From Candidatus Obscuribacteraceae bacterium (GTDB taxonomy: Bacteria > Cyanobacteriota > Vampirovibrionia > Obscuribacterales > Obscuribacteraceae), in NCBI GenBank assembly GCA_044229845.1, contig JBGASG010000001.1, positions 384,001 to 448,000 on the forward strand: a stretch of 64,000 nucleotides of DNA, given 5' to 3'. Positions 40,776-51,138 of this stretch are shown here, one piece after another. The notes beneath the pieces were generated by a model. That model was not told the origin of the DNA. It worked only from the letters and a program-made list of their open reading frames with translations, and searched no databases. Position 1 is the first letter of the stretch. Each line of letters starts with the position of its first letter. The translations under genes and the position numbers were made by a program.

Positions 40776-41881
40776 GGCTTAACTTGACCCGCTTCAATTC
40801 GTTTGTGCGCGGGGCGAAGCCATGACCGCATGTCGGTTACTTCTTCGGAACGATTGGTGGCATTGAGAAGTCTCTCGAAGCAATCTAGAGTGCGCGTTGC
40901 TTCTGGATGGTATGGTTGATTTCTATATCGATCGTAGACCAGTCCCAGAAGCGGTTCAATCTCTTGCCCTCGACCAGTAGCTACATACGTCTCCAGTAGC
41001 ATATTTATCGTTCGCGTCGGGGCATACTGCACGAGCAATTCTGAGTGTTGAAGTGAGTTAAGCGACTTAGCACATAGAGCGTCTGACTCTGCCAATCGAT
41101 CTGTTTGTGCGTATAGACATGCGAGGTTCAAGTCACAAGACAGGACTGCGACTGGAATAGCCCACTCGTCCCCCGTTGACACCTTCATGTTTGGGTCTTC
41201 TATGGACTGTTTGACTCCCAGCAACTGCTCTTCCGCGGAATCCAGCTCGCCGAGGGTTAAACGCACGGCGGACAGACGCAGCACCACGAGAGTGGAGTGG
41301 AGCGGACTCACTTCTTTCTTGTGTAGGTCGTAGATTTCTAAGGACTTGACCATCTCTAGTTCGGCTTCGAGGATCCTGTCCTGCAGAAAGTAAGCGTCGC
41401 TGAGCCAAGCATGCAGGGCTCCGATTCCATGGCTGCCTGAGTATCGCGAGTCTTTTGAAGCGCAAAGCAAAGACTCTTTCAGTAGCTTTTCTGCCATCTC
41501 GTAATGCCCCTGCCAGAGTCGCGCTCGGGCGAGTTGCGCCAGCAAGAGGGCGGTTGTTCCTCCTTCGAGCGCGTGAATCGTCTTCAGAATGCGTAGCGCT
41601 GCTCCGTACGCAATCGCTCTATCTGACCAGTTCACTTCCATCGTGCGGGTGCTGAACATTGCCTCCAAAACGTAGTAGCAAATTACAGGCGACATTAACC
41701 AAGTCATGAAGACTCCTGAGGCTGCCCATCCAACAAGTGCAAACGAATTTCCAGGGTAGCAAATGGCTCCCCAAGCGCCCCAGAGTGCAATTGTGGCGAG
41801 CAAAATAGCTAGACCTAAGAGGTGTGAGAGTGTTTCTTTTACCCGATCAAATCGAGTAATTCGCAGTTCGTTGCGTTTCAT
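40772..41881 (-). CDS. membrane-anchored TPR protein
   Basis: Two N-terminal TMs; TPR helices (LAR....QG.YE.AE.LLKESL). Confidence 0.75.
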   Translation of the reverse strand: MKRNELRITRFDRVKETLSHLLGLAILLATIALWGAWGAICYPGNSFALVGWAASGVFMTWLMSPVICYYVLEAMFSTRTMEVNWSDRAIAYGAALRILKTIHALEGGTTALLLAQLARARLWQGHYEMAEKLLKESLLCASKDSRYSGSHGIGALHAWLSDAYFLQDRILEAELEMVKSLEIYDLHKKEVSPLHSTLVVLRLSAVRLTLGELDSAEEQLLGVKQSIEDPNMKVSTGDEWAIPVAVLSCDLNLACLYAQTDRLAESDALCAKSLNSLQHSELLVQYAPTRTINMLLETYVATGRGQEIEPLLGLVYDRYRNQPYHPEATRTLDCFERLLNATNRSEEVTDMRSWLRPAHKRIEAGQVKP

Positions 41882-42024
41882 CGGCTGAGCTTGGTTCTAT
41901 CGACATAGTTGATGTACCCCGAACATGACTGTGACGGGGGACATTGACCGGGGTTTGGGGCGCGGTCATAATGGATTTATCGTACGAATTCCCCAGTACA
42001 GCGCCCATACGGAGAACCTGGTCT

Positions 42025-43356
42025 ATGCGCCTGATTACGTCAGCCAGCCTGTTGTTCAAGCCGCTGCTTGCTCTGTTTGCCGGTCTGGCTGTGGCGAACG
42101 CAGCCACGGCTGCGAATGTGGAGACAATTTCGGGCGCCGATGCCGGCACACAGGCGAAAGCCATCAAATACGGCATTAACTGGGTCAATTCGCTGTCCAA
42201 CGCTGAAGAACTGGCGAAACGCTCGCATAAGCCCATTTTCTGGATGCATATGCTGGGCAACATCGACGGCTACACTTGAAGCGCCGCCAATAGTCTGAGA
42301 GCCGGGTCGCTCTCCAAAGAACCTGTCTACAGCACCCTCCGCAATCGTTTCGTCTGCGGCTACAAGAATATCTATAAAGAGAAGTTCGCGGGCAACTCGG
42401 GTGTGCATCCCATGGAGAGCAGCGCCGTCACCACCACAAATGGTGCCGGGCCGCACAATGTGCAGCTGTTCATTCTCAGTGAGGACGGCACCGTATTGCA
42501 CTGTCTGCCCGGGTATTGGGACCCGAATGATCTGCAGTCAGAGCTCGATCTGGCGCAGAAGTTGAACGATGTCTGGTTGAATAATTCGATTACGCCGACT
42601 CAGAAGATTGCGCAGTTTAAGCAACTGCAAATGCAACACCTGGCTGGGCACTCACCACAGACGGTGGCGCGCAGTCACCTTCAGCATTTTGATGCGCAAT
42701 ATATTGCGAAGCATGCCCATGGACCCGGCGGCGGACTAAATGATGCCATTGCGGAACCGGCACTGCTCGCCAGCTGTCAGTCTGCCTGGAGCGGCGCACC
42801 TAAAGAAGGCATGAGCATGAATGCCCCTATGGAGGCATTCAAAACCACCGACCGCATCATGCACGAGAGAATGTGCAAGTATCCGTTCGTTCCGTACGAA
42901 AACTTCGATGTTGTCTCGTACACAAATTACGGCACGCATTTTTACGACAAGAATGAAAACGAAATGGCAGGCGTCATGCGCCCGGATTTGAAGCGCATGA
43001 ATCTGCATAGGGTCACGCACGATGCAATCGGCGCTCCGCGTTCTGCCGGTGGTGGCAGAGGAAACAAGAATCGCTTCGACCCGGTGAGGAAGTTCTACGA
43101 GCTCTCGAACGAAAACAAATATACCGAAGCCTTGCAGTACGCGTCCAACCTGTGCACAGCCAAGCCCAATGATCCGACTGGCTGGGAATTGCGCGCGGTC
43201 GCCGAATATGGATTGGGCAAGTACGATGAGGCGTATAACGATGCGACCCGTGCAGCTTGGTTGGGAAGCCGTTCGGCGACAAATTCCGACTTACGCAAGA
43301 AAGCGCAGGAACGAATGGGTGCACGCGTGGGCACCCCAAAAGTGTCGCTGCACTGA
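42025..43356 (+). CDS. putative selenoprotein: secreted SelN-like thioredoxin-fold protein with C-terminal TPR (TGA 42277-42279 read as Sec85)
   Basis: GGAGAA SD and signal peptide; single in-frame TGA, then 41 stop-free codons joining ORF 42403-43356; motif KPIFWMHMLGNIDGYT-U-SAANSLR; SECIS-like hairpin downstream. Confidence 0.8.
42297..42314 (+). promoter_or_regulatory. bacterial SECIS-like hairpin
   Basis: GAGAGC-CGGGTC-GCTCTC; loop separated from the TGA by 23 nt and contains GGU. Confidence 0.65.
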
Positions 43357-43521
43357 GCTTAACGCACTTCTTACGTCGTTCTATATCTCTTGCCTGATGC
43401 GGCATCACAGCGGCGGGGTTGCACTTTCTTGGCTAGAATCGCGCGTGATCGAGAGCGATCATGAGCGCGATTTTTTGACGCGTTGTAGAATCGAATTTAT
43501 CTCAAACTAAGTTGGATAGCC

Positions 43522-45045
43522 ATGACTGAATCAGCCGGACCAGCTGGGCCGCTGCCTTCTGGCGCGCCCGCTCAGCCCAATCAGCCCAATCTGAACGAAA
43601 AGCCCAGTACGAGTGTCTTCAAACCTGTACTTGTAAAACTACTGATGGTGGCGGGGATTTTTGGATTACTCCAGATCCCTCTTTTTATGATCTTAGGCAC
43701 CATCGAGGAGCGTCAAAACTACAATGTCGAGTACCCGCAGGAGTACGCTGGTCCCGGCGCCGGCAAGCAGTCAGTGATGGGACCGATGCTGACGGTTCCG
43801 TACCACTACAAGCTCACTGAAGAACGTGAGGTTGCTCCCGCGCCGGCAGCTCTGGCTGCCACCACCGGCGATGTGGGTGTTCCTGACAATCCGCCGCCCC
43901 GCAAGACGATTAAGGTGACCCGCACCGCCACCGGATACCTGCACTTCTTTCCCGAAAACCTCAGTGTCAGCGGCAACCTGACACCGGAAGTCCGCGACGG
44001 AGGCAAGTTCAAGAATATCGTCTATTCCACTGCGCTCGACTTCAAAGGCACATTCAAAACCAGCGACTTCGAACGCAAGAAGCTCGACGAAAAAGAAATC
44101 ATGTGGCAGGACGCCTTCATTGCACTGGGCATCTCAGACCTGCGCGGCATCTCTCGCGAAACCACACTTGACTGGTCCGGCAGACAATACAACTTTGTTC
44201 CGGGCGTCAACGGAGTGAAGTCGTTCGATCAAGGACAATACGCGCTTCTCCCTGACGTGAAGAAGGGCGGCACCTATCCGTTTTCATTCACCCTGCATTT
44301 GAATGGCAGTCGTGATCTCAATATCTTCCCGGCAGGCAAGGAGAACGCCATCAACCTGGCGTCTACATGGAGCCAGCCGACGTTCATCGGCGGTTTCCTG
44401 CCTACGAAGAAGACCGTTTCTCAAAAGGGATTCTCGTCGCTCTGGGAAGTCTCATACTTCACGCGCAATATGGCTCAGGTCTGGACTGACACCGAAGTTG
44501 ACATCAAAAACTCCATGGACCAGTACATGGTCGGGGTCACGCTGGCGACGCCGGTGGAGTTCTACCAGTCGGCGATTCGGGCGGTTAAGTACGGCAGTCT
44601 CTTCATCATTATGACCTTTCTCGCTCTGTTCGTATTCGAGATGATGACCAAGGTGAGGATCCACGAGTTTCAATATCTGATGGTGGGTCTGGCGCTCAGC
44701 TTGTTTTTCCTTTTGCTGATCGCCGCCTCCGAATGGATTCCATTTGTCTGGTCGTATGTAATCGCCGCGATTTCGACAATCGTGCAGATCACCTGGTACA
44801 CACAAGCCTTTTCCAAAGCTCGCAGCCCTCAGCTGTGGAAGGTAATGGCTGGCACGCTGACGACGCTCTATGTGTACCTGTACATTCTGTTGCAGCTGGA
44901 AAACTTCTCGCTGGTGGTTGGCGCAATCGGGTTGTTCCTGACCTTGACTCTGGTGCTCTACGCCACACGCAACATCAACTGGTACGCGAGCGTCGTACCG
45001 GGCGAGCCTACGGGTCCACCGAAGGAAGCTCCCTCTCCTGCATAG
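43522..45045 (+). CDS. creD: inner membrane protein CreD
   Basis: LQIPL..I...IEERQ, Q.V.GP.L.VPY, GISDLRGI, RAVKYG.LFI, IH.FQY.MVGLAL..FFLLL. Confidence 0.92.
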   Translation: MTESAGPAGPLPSGAPAQPNQPNLNEKPSTSVFKPVLVKLLMVAGIFGLLQIPLFMILGTIEERQNYNVEYPQEYAGPGAGKQSVMGPMLTVPYHYKLTEEREVAPAPAALAATTGDVGVPDNPPPRKTIKVTRTATGYLHFFPENLSVSGNLTPEVRDGGKFKNIVYSTALDFKGTFKTSDFERKKLDEKEIMWQDAFIALGISDLRGISRETTLDWSGRQYNFVPGVNGVKSFDQGQYALLPDVKKGGTYPFSFTLHLNGSRDLNIFPAGKENAINLASTWSQPTFIGGFLPTKKTVSQKGFSSLWEVSYFTRNMAQVWTDTEVDIKNSMDQYMVGVTLATPVEFYQSAIRAVKYGSLFIIMTFLALFVFEMMTKVRIHEFQYLMVGLALSLFFLLLIAASEWIPFVWSYVIAAISTIVQITWYTQAFSKARSPQLWKVMAGTLTTLYVYLYILLQLENFSLVVGAIGLFLTLTLVLYATRNINWYASVVPGEPTGPPKEAPSPA

Positions 45046-45108
45046 GAAAGCAAACCCTGCATCGAAAAGAAGCCCTGCCTCTCTCCTGGGCGGGGTTTCT
45101 GCTCTTGC

Positions 45109-45564
45109 TCAGTGCGTTACCGCAATATGCAGGGGCGCCGACACTTCTGCTACCACGTTCTCACCGTCTCGCAAAATAAATATCAGGTCGACCACATGCA
45201 TTCCTTCGGTTGACGGACAGACAACCGGCGTGCCTTCCAGATTGATGATCTGGCTTGTCGAATCAAGACCTTCGGGAATACTGAGGTCGAGGATCAAGCC
45301 CTCCGCTACCACTTTGTCCGCCGCCTGCAGCGAGCCTTTGGCAGTGGCGTAAATATGCCCTTGCGTCCCCTGTTTGCGCCGAAATACCAGCACCAGCATG
45401 ATGGTGTTCAGTTTCACAACCAGCGATCTGTCCGGCGGCCGTCCGTCGCATTTCGCTTGTACTGCCACCACCGGATAAACCTCGGTCAAGCAAATGCCGT
45501 TGACGCTGTCGACCTGCGCATCTCTGCACATCACGCCCAGCACCAGTTCTACATTGATTGCCAT
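45109..45564 (-). CDS. hypothetical protein
   Basis: 151-aa beta-rich ORF with GGAG SD. Confidence 0.65.
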   Translation of the reverse strand: MAINVELVLGVMCRDAQVDSVNGICLTEVYPVVAVQAKCDGRPPDRSLVVKLNTIMLVLVFRRKQGTQGHIYATAKGSLQAADKVVAEGLILDLSIPEGLDSTSQIINLEGTPVVCPSTEGMHVVDLIFILRDGENVVAEVSAPLHIAVTH

Positions 45565-45579
45565 TGTTTCTCCGGGCGG

Positions 45580-46224
45580 CTAGATGCTGTATCCGACGCG
45601 CTGCCGCACTTGCGCCAGAAAGGGAGTCTCCATGCTGGCCGCCCACCTCAATGATGAGCTCGTGTCGGCTTTCATGGCGTGTTCCACCAGGCTAACGACC
45701 GGCGCGGGAACCCAGGAGAGCAGATACCCGGTTAGTTTCGTGCGGTCATACGAATCGATGACATACGCCATCCAGGTGTCGCTGGGAGGGAAGTTTTCAC
45801 CATCGAAGAAACCACCGGAGGACAGCATTGCCTTACCGTCTGCGCGGCTGAGTCCCGGCGTGAAGTAAAGCAACTTTCCGGCTGCCATTGCGATTGACTC
45901 TGTTTCTTCATAGTGACGCAGAATGACAGCCTCTGCGCGTTGCACGCTGACGTGCGCGACTTCCGATTCCAGTCCCGCGTCGTGCAGCTTGAGAAGCTGT
46001 CCCATGGTTTCCGGCGCGAAGCGGCGCAGCACCGAGCCTCTGACATGGGCTGTCTGTTCGATGTTGCGCTTGAGTTCGGCAGCAGTGGCTGGTTGTAAAT
46101 AAGAGGTGAGCTTGTGGAAAAACTGATTGCCAGGCAGTTTCGTCCGAACATGATGGTCCATCATCTCCGAATGGCACCAGTGCATGGTGTCGATCAGGCG
46201 CTTCTCGAATTTCTCGATTTTCAT
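45580..46224 (-). CDS. hypothetical protein
   Basis: 214 aa; S.GFFD..N.PP.DTW...LLSWVP pattern. Confidence 0.7.
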   Translation of the reverse strand: MKIEKFEKRLIDTMHWCHSEMMDHHVRTKLPGNQFFHKLTSYLQPATAAELKRNIEQTAHVRGSVLRRFAPETMGQLLKLHDAGLESEVAHVSVQRAEAVILRHYEETESIAMAAGKLLYFTPGLSRADGKAMLSSGGFFDGENFPPSDTWMAYVIDSYDRTKLTGYLLSWVPAPVVSLVEHAMKADTSSSLRWAASMETPFLAQVRQRVGYSI

Positions 46225-46421
46225 GGTTCAGACGGTGTTTTGCTGGTTCATCATAGCAGGTCGATGCCACAAACTCAGCCGTTGAATCCGGCAGTGATTC
46301 AGCCGTTAGCTCAGCATTCAATCCCTGCGCACGAGTCGCGAAACATTGGGATGGATGCGACGTCGCAAGGCTTACTTGTGAACGAACAGTGTTGGCACCA
46401 GTTAAGAGAGAGATTGGTTCT

Positions 46422-46775
46422 ATGAAAACAAGATTCAAACAATTCGTGGCGCTGATTGTGATGGTGATGGCAATGTCCACGCAATTGCTCATACCTCAGC
46501 AAGCGGAAGCTAGATACCGGCGCCCAATCACGTACGCAAACGTGGCACCAGGCTACTACGGCTATCGTCGTCCGGGTATTTATCAAAGGCACCCGATCGT
46601 TTCGCGCACTTTGACTGGTACTGCTATCGGTGCACTCGGTGGCTTGGCAGTCGGCGCGATCGCCGGTCATCACAGAGCCGGACGAGGAGCCTTGATCGGC
46701 GCCGGCGTCGGTACTGCGGCTGGTCTGGCGTATGGACTGTACCGCAACAAGCAGTACACGGGACGCATTTTCTAA
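46422..46775 (+). CDS. secreted glycine-zipper protein
   Basis: Signal peptide; GTAIGALGG..GAI...GRGALIGAGVG. Confidence 0.8.
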   Translation: MKTRFKQFVALIVMVMAMSTQLLIPQQAEARYRRPITYANVAPGYYGYRRPGIYQRHPIVSRTLTGTAIGALGGLAVGAIAGHHRAGRGALIGAGVGTAAGLAYGLYRNKQYTGRIF

Positions 46776-46821
46776 CCACACGAAGCCGGGGCGCAAGTCC
46801 CGGTTTTCGTTTGCGGTTTCC

Positions 46822-47088
46822 CTAGCTCAGCGGGCGACGTTGATTGCAGGCGCTGACGAGCAGCTGTTTCTCTTTGCGAGACAACTGTTTTATGCGCCAC
46901 TCTTCCTTCATCGCTTCCGAGCGTGAAGGATATTGCCAGAATGCCACCAATGCCACCGGCGGGTGCGATCGTGTGTACTTGGCTCCAGTGCCTGCGCTGT
47001 GTGAGGCTATGCGTTTGTCGAGATTGTCGGTCCAACCGGTGTAATAACCGCCCCCGGTGCACTCAAGCATGTAAGTGAAGTAATTCAT
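46822..47088 (-). CDS. GIY-YIG nuclease family protein (UPF0213)
   Basis: YMLEC..G.YYTGWT.NL.KR...H..G.GAKYTR...EA.KEE..IK.LSR. Confidence 0.9.
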   Translation of the reverse strand: MNYFTYMLECTGGGYYTGWTDNLDKRIASHSAGTGAKYTRSHPPVALVAFWQYPSRSEAMKEEWRIKQLSRKEKQLLVSACNQRRPLS

Positions 47089-47164
47089 GATTCACCTGCC
47101 GCCTTCTTCTCGCCCTAATCAATACTCCAACCAGATCGTTGCTGTCAATGCTAATCTTATGCAG

Positions 47165-47911
47165 ATGAATGACGACGCCATACTAGCCACCGTGATTCAC
47201 CGGCCCTTTCCACTGCCGGAAAGTCCGCCGGTTCTGCGCCAGTCCTGGTCGAAGCTGCTTTTCGCGCACTGGCCGGTCGATGCGGATGTGCTCAGACCTC
47301 TGATTCCGGAGTGCCTCGAGATGGATCTCTACGAGGGCACTGCATACGTGGGCGTGGTGCCATTTGCGATGCGCAAGGTGCATCCGCGTTTTACACCCGA
47401 CATGGGTTGGCTCTCCAATTTCCTGGAGTTGAACATCCGGACGTACGTGAAGAAGGACGGCATTCCGGGTGTCTATTTCTTCAGCCTCGACTGCAACAAT
47501 CCGGTCGCCGTCACCGTGGCGCGCACCACCTATCATTTGCCGTATTTCAATGCGCGCATGACGATGGACGAGCAGGACGGTCTGATTAAGTATGAAAGCA
47601 AGCGCTCGAATTGCGATGCGGTGTTTCAAGCAGACTACAAATCGGCCGGTGCAGTTCTGAAACTCTCGCCGGCGTCGTTGGATCGGTTTCTCACCGAGCG
47701 CTATTGTCTATACACTACCGACAAGCGCGGGCGCTGCTTTCGCGGTGTGATCCATCATTTGATGTGGCAATTGCAGCCGGCCGAAGCCGAGATTCTCACT
47801 GACACGCTGTCTTCGACGCAACTGGGATTCCAGTTGCCCGACACGAAACCGCTGCTTCACTACAGTGAATACATCGACACGCTCGAGTGGCCGCTGGCGA
47901 AACTCGATTAG
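47165..47911 (+). CDS. DUF2071 (YqjF) family protein
   Basis: QSW..LLFAHWPVD, ELN.RTYV, GVYFFSLD, FLTERY. Confidence 0.9.
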   Translation: MNDDAILATVIHRPFPLPESPPVLRQSWSKLLFAHWPVDADVLRPLIPECLEMDLYEGTAYVGVVPFAMRKVHPRFTPDMGWLSNFLELNIRTYVKKDGIPGVYFFSLDCNNPVAVTVARTTYHLPYFNARMTMDEQDGLIKYESKRSNCDAVFQADYKSAGAVLKLSPASLDRFLTERYCLYTTDKRGRCFRGVIHHLMWQLQPAEAEILTDTLSSTQLGFQLPDTKPLLHYSEYIDTLEWPLAKLD

Positions 47912-47919
47912 ATGACCAG

Positions 47920-49011
47920 TTAGTCTTGCCTTTGATCGGGAGCGAAACCGTGCGTATCGAGCACGGTGCCGACCAGATAGGTGCGTTTGCCTTGCGATTC
48001 GTGATAGGTACGAATCAAGAGTTCGGCAATCAGACCCATAAAGATCAACTGCACGCCCATCATGAAGAACATCGCTACCAGCACCGGTAGTGGTGTGTCG
48101 ATGAAGTGTGTGTTGTAGCAGCAACGCAGGACTATCATCCATGCAAACACGACAAACGAGGCGCCCAGCGAAGCCAGACCGACGCTGCCGAAGGCATAAA
48201 TTGGTTTGGTCAGGAAGTTCGACATGAAGGTGACGGTAATCAGGTCGAGCAAAACGCGGAAGGTCCGCGAGATGCCGTATTTGGATTTACCGAACATGCG
48301 CGGGTGGTGAATAACCGGAATCTCGGCTACCTTGGCGCCTTCCCAGCTAGCATAGATGGGGACGAAACGGTGCATTTCGCCGTACAGGCGCACGTCTTGA
48401 ATTACTTCCCGGCGGTACGCTTTCAGGCAGCACCCATAGTCCCGCAGATGCACTCCAGTCATTTTGGAGATCAATCTGTTGGCAAACCAGGAGGGAATCA
48501 AGCGCAGGAAAAGTTCGTCGTGGCGTTTCTTGCGCCAGCCGCTGACAACATCGAAACCCTCATCCAGCTTGTCGAGCAAGCGTTGCAGGTCCTGCGGATC
48601 GTTTTGCAGGTCGGCATCTATGTGGATGATGATCTTGCCGCGCGAATAATCGTGTCCGGCAGACAGAGCCGGAGTTTTGCCGAAGTTGCGGACGAACTTG
48701 ATCACGCGCACCGTGGAGTCTTTCGCCCACAGAGCCTTGATCTTGTCGTACGAACCGTCGGTCGAACCGTCGTCGATGAAGATCAATTCCCAGGTGCAAC
48801 CCATAGTTTGCAGTTGGCGAATCAACTGCTCGTAGAGCGCATCGATCGTGTCCACTTCGTTGCAGACGGGGATGATGATCGACAGATCCGGTTGCGGCGG
48901 TGTCTGATCTTGAGTTGCCGAGCCTGCCACCGCATGTGGTGCAGACTGTGCAGGCGAAGGCGACTGCTGGGCAACTGGCGAAACTATTGAGGATTTAGGT
49001 GTAGTTTGCAT
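47920..49011 (-). CDS. GT2 polyprenol-phosphate glycosyltransferase (ArnC-like)
   Basis: IDDGSTDGS, NFGKT.AL.AG, DADLQNDP, YGEMHRF, two C-terminal TMs. Confidence 0.93.
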   Translation of the reverse strand: MQTTPKSSIVSPVAQQSPSPAQSAPHAVAGSATQDQTPPQPDLSIIIPVCNEVDTIDALYEQLIRQLQTMGCTWELIFIDDGSTDGSYDKIKALWAKDSTVRVIKFVRNFGKTPALSAGHDYSRGKIIIHIDADLQNDPQDLQRLLDKLDEGFDVVSGWRKKRHDELFLRLIPSWFANRLISKMTGVHLRDYGCCLKAYRREVIQDVRLYGEMHRFVPIYASWEGAKVAEIPVIHHPRMFGKSKYGISRTFRVLLDLITVTFMSNFLTKPIYAFGSVGLASLGASFVVFAWMIVLRCCYNTHFIDTPLPVLVAMFFMMGVQLIFMGLIAELLIRTYHESQGKRTYLVGTVLDTHGFAPDQRQD

Positions 49012-49217
49012 GCGTTCGATTATACCGGTGCGGTAGCCCGGAAATTATGTCTTCACAACTTCTCACTATGGTCGTATAGCCTGCCCTGGTGGCTCTTTTG
49101 GCGATTCAAAAGGTTTACATGAGGCAAGACTAACGAAGTCATGATGCCTGTAGAAGATACTTAATCGTTGAAATAGAGTCACTTTGCGCACCATCTTGCG
49201 CTCATTCAGGTAACGAA

Positions 49218-51107
49218 ATGTCGCCAGCTTCTCTGATTATCAAAGCCGTACCGAACCCCGCAGCGGGTGCCGCTGACGCCGCGTCGAAGACAACCTCGAG
49301 GCTGAAAATTGCTGATCACGAGAAACGCGACAACACCCGTTCGAAGCGCGAAATTTTTGGCTTGTTGGCGGTGATTGCTGTTGCCTGCGCTGTCTTGTTT
49401 ACGGCACTGGGTGACCATCCGCTCTTCAATCCGGACGAAGGTTATTACGCTGAGCCGTCGCGAGAAATGCTGGAAACCGGCAACTGGCTTACGACAACGC
49501 TCAATTACGCAGTCCGTTACACGAAGCCGCCCCTCTACTACTGGGCATCCGCCGGCGCCATGGCTGTCTTCGGTCCCACCGAATTTGCTGCCCGTTTCTG
49601 GTCGGCTGCCTGCGCCGTCATTTTGATAGCCGCCACTTATTGTCTCGTCAACCGCTTCGTTGGCTTCCGCGCCGCCCTGATTGCATCTGTGGTGCTCGTG
49701 ACTTCTCCGCTTTTTATCGCGGTTGGGCGACACGCACTGTCCGATATGCCGCTGTCGCTTTTGATTGCCGGTGGACTGTTCTGTTTCTTCCGGGCTTACG
49801 CCCAGCGCAAGCCGGGATTTATCTGGTTCGGCTACACGCTTTTCGCGCTCGCCGTTCTGGCGAAAGGACCGGTGGGCATCGCTTTGCCGGTACTGGTGCT
49901 CTTCGCATATCACCTGTTGCGCCGCAATCTGAAGGATGCGCTGATCTTTTACAAGCCGCATCTGGGCGCACTGCTGGTTGCCGCCATCGCGCTTCCCTGG
50001 TTCATCGCCGAGACGATTGCCACCAAAGGCGAGTACGTTGCATGTTTTATATTTATGGAAAATCTGCAGCGCTTCACCAAAGTCGTCAGCAGTCATAAAG
50101 GTCCCTTCTGGTATCACTTCGCTGTTGTCGGCGGCGGATTGTTGCCCTGGACGCTTTTCTTACTGCAGGGACTGCAACGTGCGCTCAAACCGCAACCCGC
50201 ACCAGACGCGGCAGCGCCCCGCCTGCTCGACACGTACCGCTCTTTGACCCCGCGTCAGGATCTCATATTGTTCGCTGCCTGTTTCGCAGTCGTGACCATC
50301 TTTTTCTTCAGCGCCAGCGTTTCGAAGCTGGTGTCGTACACGGTGCCATGTTTCCCGGCGCTGGCGATACTGGTGGCGGCCGAACTGGATGCCATCCTCT
50401 CTGCAGACGCGGCAGCTTTCCGCAAACGTTTCTTGCTGCCGCTGCTGTTGCTTGGCGCTGCCCTGGCGATCACGGCCGGTGTGGCACCGTTCGTGCTCGA
50501 ACATGTCCGCCGCGCTCCACCGAATATCTATCCCATCATCGCCGGTTATGCGGTGCTGCAATTGATTGGTGTGGCCGCCGCCGTCGGTCTGGCCCATTTC
50601 GCACGCCGTCGCACCGCCGGACTGGTCGCCTTCGCGTCGGTGACGCTCATGTCGCTGGCAATCTTCGGCTTTCAGATCACCCATCTTGTCTCCGACCGCT
50701 GGGAAGGCGGCATGCCCGAACTGGCTAAAATAGCCGCCGCGTCCGGCGAACCTATATTTGCCTACCGCACGCGCCTGCCTTCGTTGCCCTTCTACACTCA
50801 TCGCGCTGCCGTACTCTCGCCGGCGCAGGAAAAACCGATCAAAGGCACCAACAGATTTACCGGTGTGATGGGCAATAATGTGCCACCACAACTGCCGTGG
50901 CTCGGCAAACCGGAACTGAAGCCGGAATTGAATTACCTTGCCGAAGCCAGCGTCGACGGACAGATCGTGCGCTACAAGACCGCATACGTGATAGCCCGCA
51001 CCGATGAATTAGCGCACTTCCAGGGCATTGCTGGATACACCAAGGTCAAGGAAGCCGGCACGTTCATGTTGCTGCACTGGAAAAATCCGGACCGCCCGAA
51101 ACCATAA
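49218..51107 (+). CDS. ArnT-like glycosyltransferase
   Basis: PDEGYYAE.SREM, KPPLYYW, EFAARF, KGPVG motifs. Confidence 0.92.
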   Translation: MSPASLIIKAVPNPAAGAADAASKTTSRLKIADHEKRDNTRSKREIFGLLAVIAVACAVLFTALGDHPLFNPDEGYYAEPSREMLETGNWLTTTLNYAVRYTKPPLYYWASAGAMAVFGPTEFAARFWSAACAVILIAATYCLVNRFVGFRAALIASVVLVTSPLFIAVGRHALSDMPLSLLIAGGLFCFFRAYAQRKPGFIWFGYTLFALAVLAKGPVGIALPVLVLFAYHLLRRNLKDALIFYKPHLGALLVAAIALPWFIAETIATKGEYVACFIFMENLQRFTKVVSSHKGPFWYHFAVVGGGLLPWTLFLLQGLQRALKPQPAPDAAAPRLLDTYRSLTPRQDLILFAACFAVVTIFFFSASVSKLVSYTVPCFPALAILVAAELDAILSADAAAFRKRFLLPLLLLGAALAITAGVAPFVLEHVRRAPPNIYPIIAGYAVLQLIGVAAAVGLAHFARRRTAGLVAFASVTLMSLAIFGFQITHLVSDRWEGGMPELAKIAAASGEPIFAYRTRLPSLPFYTHRAAVLSPAQEKPIKGTNRFTGVMGNNVPPQLPWLGKPELKPELNYLAEASVDGQIVRYKTAYVIARTDELAHFQGIAGYTKVKEAGTFMLLHWKNPDRPKP

Positions 51108-51138
51108 GCCACGCTTGTACGCAGCCGGAGATAGCGCC

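Noticed and set aside
41944..43356. Two separate genes (111 aa + 317 aa) or a nonsense pseudogene
   Set aside because: Same frame, no other lesions, stop at the predicted redox position and a SECIS-like hairpin follows; read-through is more parsimonious, though a pseudogene is not formally excluded.
46822..47088. Homing endonuclease / mobile element
   Set aside because: Typical stand-alone UPF0213 GIY-YIG protein with no intron or intein context.
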